DNA of 53,150 nt from Patescibacteria group bacterium (GTDB lineage Bacteria > Patescibacteriota > Microgenomatia > UBA12405). Location: NCBI GenBank assembly GCA_050943115.1, contig JBMNON010000007.1, forward strand, positions 1-53,150, given 5' to 3'. Position 1 is the first letter of the stretch; each line of letters begins with the position of its first letter. This document shows positions 46,976 to 53,150 of the stretch, piece by piece. A model generated the notes under the pieces. That model ran no database searches and was not told the origin of the DNA. It was given only the letters and a program-made list of their open reading frames with translations. The translations under genes were made by a program, and so were the position numbers.

Positions 46976-48286
46976 TCATTCTCCTTGTTGCAGAATCCTT
47001 TTTGTTACAAGTTGGCCGATAAGATTGGTCGCCTCAGGATGGTCCAGACCGAGGTAGCTCCTCAGTTCTTCAAATAGTACATCACCTCCTTTCCTTTCTG
47101 TGGCAAACTTGAATAGTTCGGGAGATACAGGGACCCAGCTCCTTACACCTATACACAGTAGACCCCCAAACGATTCCTCCCGAAGCTTTAACTTTGGGTT
47201 GAACCTCAGTGGAGTCTGGGAATCAAACTGTGAGACAGGCCGAAGCGAAGCAAGTGGCCTGAGTGGAATTCGATCGAAGTTGCAGTATGGATCTGGCTTG
47301 TTGATTGAGCCATTTACCAATAGCGCTTCGATTTTACACCCACCGCCACAACGCTTCTTGAGATTACACGATTGACACTCGTCAGGGATCCAAGCCTCTT
47401 GGCGCCACTCCTCCATGCTATCCCAGGCTTGTTGAATACCATCGAACACGCTGCCGTAGCACTGAGGTGCGTGGGAACAAGGCCGTATCTGTCCGTTGAA
47501 ACCGATAGTACAACTGGTTTTGCCAGCGGTACAGCTTCGTGAGGATCCGAACAACCTTCTGGTGGTATCATTGCCAAACGAACAGCCCGGATAAAACTCC
47601 AAAGAGTCTATCCTTAGTCCAAGTTCTTGTTTGGCTCTGGCCAGTTCATCGAGCATAAACCCGAATTCTGCTGGCGTTAACCGATAGGCCGAAAAGTCCT
47701 GGCAGTTTCCCGGAACGGCCGCCTTGGTTGCTGAAAAGGTGTTGACCCCCAGCTTCTTAACAAAGCAAGCAGTTTCGAAGATTTCTGTCAGGTTGAGCTT
47801 GGTTACTACCATGTTAACAGTAACGTTCAATCCTGCGTTAAGAGCACGCTTGATGCCTCTTGCTGTCCTGCTTCTCGAATTCCTCCTTTGAGTGATTAGA
47901 TCGTTTGTCTCGGAGTTACCCGAGGGCAGTGATGCCAGAACGGATTTGATGCCAAGCTCTTTAAGCTTTGCAGCATCACTATCGGTTAGCGTTGAGAGAT
48001 TGCTGTTGAGATAGATATCTACTCCAGCTTCCCGCAGCATAACCAGATACGGTAACAATGCACCAAGGACCAAGAGTGGTTCTCCGCCAGTTACGGTCAC
48101 CGCAAGAACACCATTCCTGATGATCTCGGTAACCGAGGCTAAATAGTACCTCCTTGTTTCTTCAGTCAATGGTTGTACCGCCGTCTCGTCTTCACGCCAA
48201 TGGTTATAACAATGAACGCAATTGTAATTGCATTCAGGAGTCACTTCCCACTGGACATAGACAGGTGCCGATAGTTTCCTAAACAT
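46976..48286 (-). CDS. Radical SAM/SPASM peptide-modifying enzyme with probable C-terminal PqqD-like (RRE) domain
   Basis: CNYNCVHC, TGGEP, NSN; SPASM CTAGKTSCTI...IRPC...CQSCNLKKRCGGGC...DPYC; C-terminal LREESFGGLL...winged helix. Start ATG 48286 with SD AAGGAG. Confidence 0.92.
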   Translation of the reverse strand: MFRKLSAPVYVQWEVTPECNYNCVHCYNHWREDETAVQPLTEETRRYYLASVTEIIRNGVLAVTVTGGEPLLVLGALLPYLVMLREAGVDIYLNSNLSTLTDSDAAKLKELGIKSVLASLPSGNSETNDLITQRRNSRSRTARGIKRALNAGLNVTVNMVVTKLNLTEIFETACFVKKLGVNTFSATKAAVPGNCQDFSAYRLTPAEFGFMLDELARAKQELGLRIDSLEFYPGCSFGNDTTRRLFGSSRSCTAGKTSCTIGFNGQIRPCSHAPQCYGSVFDGIQQAWDSMEEWRQEAWIPDECQSCNLKKRCGGGCKIEALLVNGSINKPDPYCNFDRIPLRPLASLRPVSQFDSQTPLRFNPKLKLREESFGGLLCIGVRSWVPVSPELFKFATERKGGDVLFEELRSYLGLDHPEATNLIGQLVTKRILQQGE

Positions 48287-48934
48287 GGCGCTCTCCTTAA
48301 TAGAGAATAATATGTCCACAATATGTAAAGGTGCTTGAAGGCTAGTCTTCAAACCTTCACTCAAGTTAATACTTGATGGCATATTCTACCATTCTTTACG
48401 TTGTTTACAACATGACTGTCCTATATGTTTATTTAATCCGTACTACACTAAAGGGTTGGTTTTATTAAAATAATTGGGGTTGAAGTTTTTTCTTAGACAA
48501 AGACTGTTCCCCGCCATCACTGAAATATGGAATCCAGCGAGAAAGAATGATCTTGGGGACGGAACAGTTTCTGGCTAGGGTTGCTTGTTATAGGTTAAGC
48601 TCAGATGTTAAAATTTGTAGTACTCTAAAATTTCCGTTTTTTTGCTGGAGCCGGCAAGAGGTTCGAATCCTAACCAGTTTCAACAAAAAACAGTGTCGAG
48701 CGTTACTAAAGATATCTTCCGTATTTCCGGGACTAAGGAGGAAAATCCGATGGCGAAAAAAACTAATTACTGTCTTGGTTAGTTTGGTAATTACCTATCA
48801 GTCCGTAACTTTCTACTGGGTTAGGAACAGCCGGCTTGCGACAAAAGAACGGAAATTATTTAACTCTCAGAGATTCGAAATTTTTTTGGTAATCTAGTGC
48901 CCTCCTGGGTTGACTTGTTTCTTGAAAATGAGCA

Positions 48935-50029
48935 CTATAACCAAAATTCAGGTTCAGTTATCAAATTTTTCATAAATTTGGAAAAAGTTTCTTGCTTTAT
49001 ACCTAATCGATTGCTGCCTATCTGAAGAACATCAATACTATAGTTTAATTTCCCATCCTCAAATCCAATTGAATAAAATGGAATAAATACAACATCATCC
49101 TTTAGTTTTAAATAGTACGGATACATCTCGCCACTCATACGAATAACTTGTGTCTCGATTCCATTCCTATTTGCATCTAGTGGCACCATAAACCATGGTA
49201 TTGCTTTGTAACCCACTTTTTTTGACTGAACAATCACCTTTGTAATATGCTCTTTGATTTCATCAATTACACTGCCATAGTCACCACCAAGCTGAATAAA
49301 CACTCTGGATTCAAGTATATTTAGCTGTAAATCTGAATTTGGCACTGGGTTACTATTCAAAATAATGTCAACATTACTAGTTCTTAAGTTCTTTTCCTCG
49401 TTGAAATTAACTTTCTTTAAGACTTTCTTAATTTCGTCAATATCCACACTCTTTAAAATTACCCATACGTTTTGCTTTGAAACTGAAGAGAATGCATCAA
49501 CAAGCTCTTCTCTAACTTTTAACACAAGATGCTCAATCAGAAACCTTTTGTTCGGAACAAGTTTGGCATCTAACGCAAATGAACCAAGCTCAGAATGAGT
49601 TATCTCAAGATCTGGACGGCCTTCTTGAGTTGAAGAATTAAACTTAATTTCTAAACCCAAGTGCTTACAATATCCTCCAGCAATTAATTCATTGAGAGTT
49701 ACTAGAAATGGTCCATAACCATTTGAAAAAATACGTCGGGCAACTTCGTTTAAATAATTATCATTTAATTTTAAATCGCCTTTGAGTAGCTTAAACAAAC
49801 AACAAGTAATTTTAAAGTAATAATAGCCATTATTAGCTATTTGTTGAGAGTTGTTTTGTCTAATCTTACCGTCACTAGTTATCCACGTTGTCTTAAGAAT
49901 AAAGTCAAAAAAAGGATTTAGTACTATGCTTGGTTTGGGGTTGTTTTTTACCTTACCAATTTTGTCAGCCAACAACTCTTCGCCAATGGTGTCTATCAGG
50001 TAGAAAAGAAGATTTGAGTACCTAGGCAT
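48935..50029 (-). CDS. Hypothetical protein with PD-(D/E)XK nuclease-like motif
   Basis: LNELIAGGY...GRPDLEI...FALDAKL; AT-rich. Confidence 0.6.
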   Translation of the reverse strand: MPRYSNLLFYLIDTIGEELLADKIGKVKNNPKPSIVLNPFFDFILKTTWITSDGKIRQNNSQQIANNGYYYFKITCCLFKLLKGDLKLNDNYLNEVARRIFSNGYGPFLVTLNELIAGGYCKHLGLEIKFNSSTQEGRPDLEITHSELGSFALDAKLVPNKRFLIEHLVLKVREELVDAFSSVSKQNVWVILKSVDIDEIKKVLKKVNFNEEKNLRTSNVDIILNSNPVPNSDLQLNILESRVFIQLGGDYGSVIDEIKEHITKVIVQSKKVGYKAIPWFMVPLDANRNGIETQVIRMSGEMYPYYLKLKDDVVFIPFYSIGFEDGKLNYSIDVLQIGSNRLGIKQETFSKFMKNLITEPEFWL

Positions 50030-50212
50030 AAATTATTTTAACCCTTGCTCCCCCGCGTGTTGGACACAAGAACACGAGAGTGGATAAAGAGTTATTTAAT
50101 GCTCGCCAATTGGAACCGATTCCGGATGAATTGTACTATTTAATGCTCCGACAAATGGAAATATTCGAAACTTTTATCTTAGAGTTTAGATAATAAATTA
50201 GTAAATATATGA

Positions 50213-50650
50213 TTAATAACTAGGTACTGGGTTAATTCTACAATCATAATTACCTTTAATATTTGAATTGTAGTAGGTACCAAATGAACTGGCTTGTTTA
50301 AAAGATGACCAAGCAGAAGAGGGTAAACCACAATAGTGATAATATTTTCCGTTTAAATTAATAATCATATATTTATTTTGACTGTCATACCAAACTCCGT
50401 TTACAAAAGAGCTTTTTGATGTGTGAACCTTTTCCCAACGACTATGATTGATGTCAACTGGGTCGTTTCGGTACTGGACGTTGATATAATTAGTGGGATT
50501 ATCTACTGTTTTATACTCGGAATTAGATTGAAATTGAGTTGGCTCAGAAGAGGTGCAACCTGATAAGACAAAACACGATACTATTACAACAATGAAAAAT
50601 TTTAATAGTTGTTTTATTTTTAAACTATTAAGTTGTAGTTTTGTGGTCAT
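50213..50650 (-). CDS. Lipoprotein with C-terminal KTSC domain
   Basis: Lipobox VLSGC; SSFV.GVWYD...M.I...GKYYHY.G.P...W.SF.QASSFGTYYN..IKGNY. Confidence 0.8.
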   Translation of the reverse strand: MTTKLQLNSLKIKQLLKFFIVVIVSCFVLSGCTSSEPTQFQSNSEYKTVDNPTNYINVQYRNDPVDINHSRWEKVHTSKSSFVNGVWYDSQNKYMIINLNGKYYHYCGLPSSAWSSFKQASSFGTYYNSNIKGNYDCRINPVPSY

Positions 50651-50654
50651 ATTA

Positions 50655-51056
50655 TTATAGCCTGCAGTTAGCTTTTGCCTGTAAATATAACGGTTTTAAT
50701 TCTTTCATTTTATTAGCTCTTGCTAGATTACTTTCTTTAAGTTCTACTTCGGCTCTGTCTATCCTCATTTGAATACACTCATCAATACCAGGAAAAGGCA
50801 TTGAGCCACACTCGTCTTTTATTTGAGTTAAATATCTGTCCTCCTCCATACAAGCCTTAATAGGGTCTATTGTTGGCGTCGATATTTTTGTCGGTGTTAA
50901 TTTTACCGTCATGTTGTTGGCTGGTGTTTCCGTTGGGATAGTTGTAGGCACAATAACACCTGTAGGTGTTGGGGTCTTTACTGTTGGTTGTTTAAGTGAG
51001 CAAGCTGATAAAAGGAAGCCTGTCAAAAGAATCCCTCCAAGTGTTTTAAGTTTCAT
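50655..51056 (-). CDS. Putative lipoprotein with Pro/Thr-rich linker
   Basis: Lipobox LLSAC; PT repeats; four further Cys. Confidence 0.75.
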   Translation of the reverse strand: MKLKTLGGILLTGFLLSACSLKQPTVKTPTPTGVIVPTTIPTETPANNMTVKLTPTKISTPTIDPIKACMEEDRYLTQIKDECGSMPFPGIDECIQMRIDRAEVELKESNLARANKMKELKPLYLQAKANCRL

Positions 51057-51283
51057 TTTTTATTTAGTAAATAATATTATTTGTATTTTTGGGACACAAC
51101 TATTTATACAATCTGTAGTACTAAATTTTCACACCCACCCAAAACTCTTGATAAATCTGGTAGGTGATTGTTTGTTAAACGAGAATCTCTTGCCTTGGAA
51201 TATTTGTAGAATGAGTAATCAAAAACGAATCCTATGAACACTAAGATAAACTCCATTAATTAAGAATATAATAAGTTTGTGGG

Positions 51284-51299
51284 TGTGACAAATCTCACT
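51284..51299. promoter_or_regulatory. Crp-type box between divergent genes
   Basis: TGTGA-CAAATC-TCACT, 9/10 match. Confidence 0.5.
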
Positions 51300-51373
51300 T
51301 ATAGTAGGAGTATTTGCAGTAATAATTATTATTAAAACTTTCTCTTGGTTTTCTTTAGTGAGATAATTAATAC

Positions 51374-52120
51374 ATGAAAAGATTTTTTGTGTTATTACTT
51401 GCCATCCTATTAGTGGTTGGATTTCTATTAAAAGACGAGTGGTTGGGAGAAAATAATATTAGCCAGAACACCGGATTCGTCCAAGATCAGCGTGAATATG
51501 GAAGTAGTGATGGGCTTGCTGAATCAGAACAATACAAGATGATCAGTTGTCCGGAAATTACAATCTTGGCAAATAAGACTCTTCAAGCAGAGATTAACGA
51601 GATTAATAGAATGCTAACAGATGCCGTGGTTCAGGATGAGAATATGGAAAATGCCATAGAGACTGAGTCACATGAAGAAATCCCCCGAGGTCCGGATAAC
51701 GATTTTTTAGGTGTTTATTGTGAGACCACAAGAAATGACAATGTAGTTTTTTCACAAAAAGTTAATCAGACTACTTATGGGGCTGGGGCTGTACACTCAA
51801 ACAACAGTGTTGAAACAATGAATTATTCTGTAAAAACCGGAGAGGAGCTCAACTTAGATGATTTATTTGAGCCAAACTCTGATGGTAAAATAACCTTGAC
51901 TAGATTAGTTGTGGCAAAGCTAAAAACTGATTTGGGTGAAGTTCTTAACAAGGAAATTGCAGAAACCCAGGAAGGAGAGGAGTTAGAGTTTGATCTATTT
52001 TTGGTTGAGAGTGATGGATTGAGAATATTGTTTAATCAATATGCCATTGCACCTAGTAGCGCTGGAATTGTAGAGGTGAAACTGTCTCGAGACGAATTGG
52101 GGTCTAGCTATTTGTATTAA
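51374..52120 (+). CDS. DUF3298/DUF4163 (RsiV/PdaC-like) membrane-anchored protein
   Basis: YGAGAVHSN....NY.VKTGE.L.LDDLF; GLRILFNQYAIAP..AGIVEV. Confidence 0.85.
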   Translation: MKRFFVLLLAILLVVGFLLKDEWLGENNISQNTGFVQDQREYGSSDGLAESEQYKMISCPEITILANKTLQAEINEINRMLTDAVVQDENMENAIETESHEEIPRGPDNDFLGVYCETTRNDNVVFSQKVNQTTYGAGAVHSNNSVETMNYSVKTGEELNLDDLFEPNSDGKITLTRLVVAKLKTDLGEVLNKEIAETQEGEELEFDLFLVESDGLRILFNQYAIAPSSAGIVEVKLSRDELGSSYLY

Positions 52121-52126
52121 GGTCGG

Positions 52127-52508
52127 TTATTTTACCGCCTCAATATCTTCAACAACGATATTTTCAACACATTTTTCTGAATTGTCATATTCACACTCAT
52201 CAAGTTGGACACCGGTAATTTTGAATACGGAGTTCTGATTATTATTGATTAAACTTTTCCATTCATCTGAGTCTTGATCTCCAAAGGTAAAATTAGGTGA
52301 AGCATAAAACCAAAGATCTACTTCATTTATTATTTAATTTGTTTAACTTGCATATCTTACTCATTGATTCAAACGTAACCGTTTTTTTAGTTTACATTTC
52401 TATAGCCTTCAATGGATGTCGTATGCTGAACAGACCCGTAATGCGGGCAAATGAGTGCCGTATCAGAGATATTTATGGTTTACATTCTGGGCAGTTTATT
52501 AAGGCCAT
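52127..52508 (-). pseudogene. Degraded zinc-ribbon-domain gene
   Basis: MALINCPECK* then, offset, ISDTALICPHYG...; a separate open 3' segment ends at TAA 52127. Confidence 0.55.
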
Positions 52509-52589
52509 TGTTTAGTGATTATTGTTTTATATTGGTAATAAACATCCGAGTAACAAAAATTGAGAATAATTAAGTTTTCTGACTGAATA

Positions 52590-53033
52590 TTAAACACTAA
52601 AGACTAATGCTATAAATATAAGAACTAGCAAAACTAAAAAGATTATTCCAATAATTTTCAAGATTTTTAGCATAACTTTTCTCATTTTAACTAGGCCTTC
52701 AATTTCATTCTCTACCTGTTCTTCTTTTCTTGCAGTACTGAAACCTAGTTTTGAGCTGATGGTATTAACAAAACCGGAAATGACGCCTGTTAAATAATGA
52801 ACTATGCCATATAGCAAGAAAATTCCAATAACATAAATGAAGTTAGTAAATGAGTTTTCAAGCCCATCACATTGTGAATTATGGGTCGACCCTTTGATGT
52901 TAACTACTAAACATTTTCCTTGAGACTGGAGATAAGAAATATAAAGAAACAGCAAAACAGGCAGACCAACAACTGCTCCAATTAACCAATAAGTAGTACT
53001 ATTATCTTTTTTTTGTACCATATTTTTGTTCAT
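52590..53033 (-). CDS. Hypothetical membrane protein
   Basis: Three hydrophobic segments; no family recognised. Confidence 0.7.
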   Translation of the reverse strand: MNKNMVQKKDNSTTYWLIGAVVGLPVLLFLYISYLQSQGKCLVVNIKGSTHNSQCDGLENSFTNFIYVIGIFLLYGIVHYLTGVISGFVNTISSKLGFSTARKEEQVENEIEGLVKMRKVMLKILKIIGIIFLVLLVLIFIALVFSV

Positions 53034-53150
53034 TGTCGTTCTTATATAGTTATGCGAATAATTAAGAATTAATATGTGCTTGTCAGATTAGCGATCAAGA
53101 ATAAAAAAATACCGAATATTAAAGTGAAATAAAATCCTATTTTCCAGACT

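Noticed and set aside
13580-47390. Other CTGAYGA/TCRTCAG matches (e.g. ~13586, 16378, 16689, 21741, 27794, 28445, 47378)
   Set aside because: All lie inside coding sequence and I could not build the hammerhead stems around them.
48287-48382. Longer start for the radical SAM gene (468 aa)
   Set aside because: A clear AAGGAG SD precedes ATG 48286, and the radical SAM fold begins right after it.
48600-48690. Intact tRNA suggested by GGTTCGAATCC
   Set aside because: T-stem only 3 bp and no D-arm or anticodon arm; kept only as a possible att relic.
48547-48897. 116-aa + strand ORF as a real gene
   Set aside because: No recognisable domain, TTG start without SD, atypical composition; overlaps the putative att relic.

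Overview
Bacterial chromosome window, standard genetic code (TGA is used as stop). Gene content suggests a CPR/Patescibacteria (Microgenomates-like) genome; this is inference from the giant Gly-rich/FN3 surface protein, GT-C glycosyltransferase, many small membrane proteins and many apparently leaderless starts. Bases 1-35 kb are mostly ordinary: Crp regulator, ChaB, sugar dehydrogenase, GreA, CarD, RRM protein, two-component pair, pyrH, a 2562-aa repeat surface protein with an ABC exporter, Cu ATPase, VOC/HIT proteins and a DEAD-box helicase. Bases ~35-53 kb look like an accessory region with pseudogenes and defence-like cargo. Highlights: (1) two cassettes 31.5 kb apart, each an SD-led gene with a C-terminal excisionase-type HTH, then a long hairpin right after the stop codon, then a complete type III hammerhead ribozyme (7352-7411 and 38878-38932, minus strand); (2) a radical SAM/SPASM enzyme coupled to a 51-aa peptide with seven Cys-Asp motifs that the ORF track missed, followed by a three-way-junction RNA; (3) a tight HEPN-HEPN-PD-(D/E)XK three-gene operon; (4) a duplicated 32-bp palindromic site flanking a Zn-finger/signal-peptidase/CAP fusion gene. 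No CRISPR array, rRNA or intact tRNA was seen. All family calls are by motif recognition; no database search was run.
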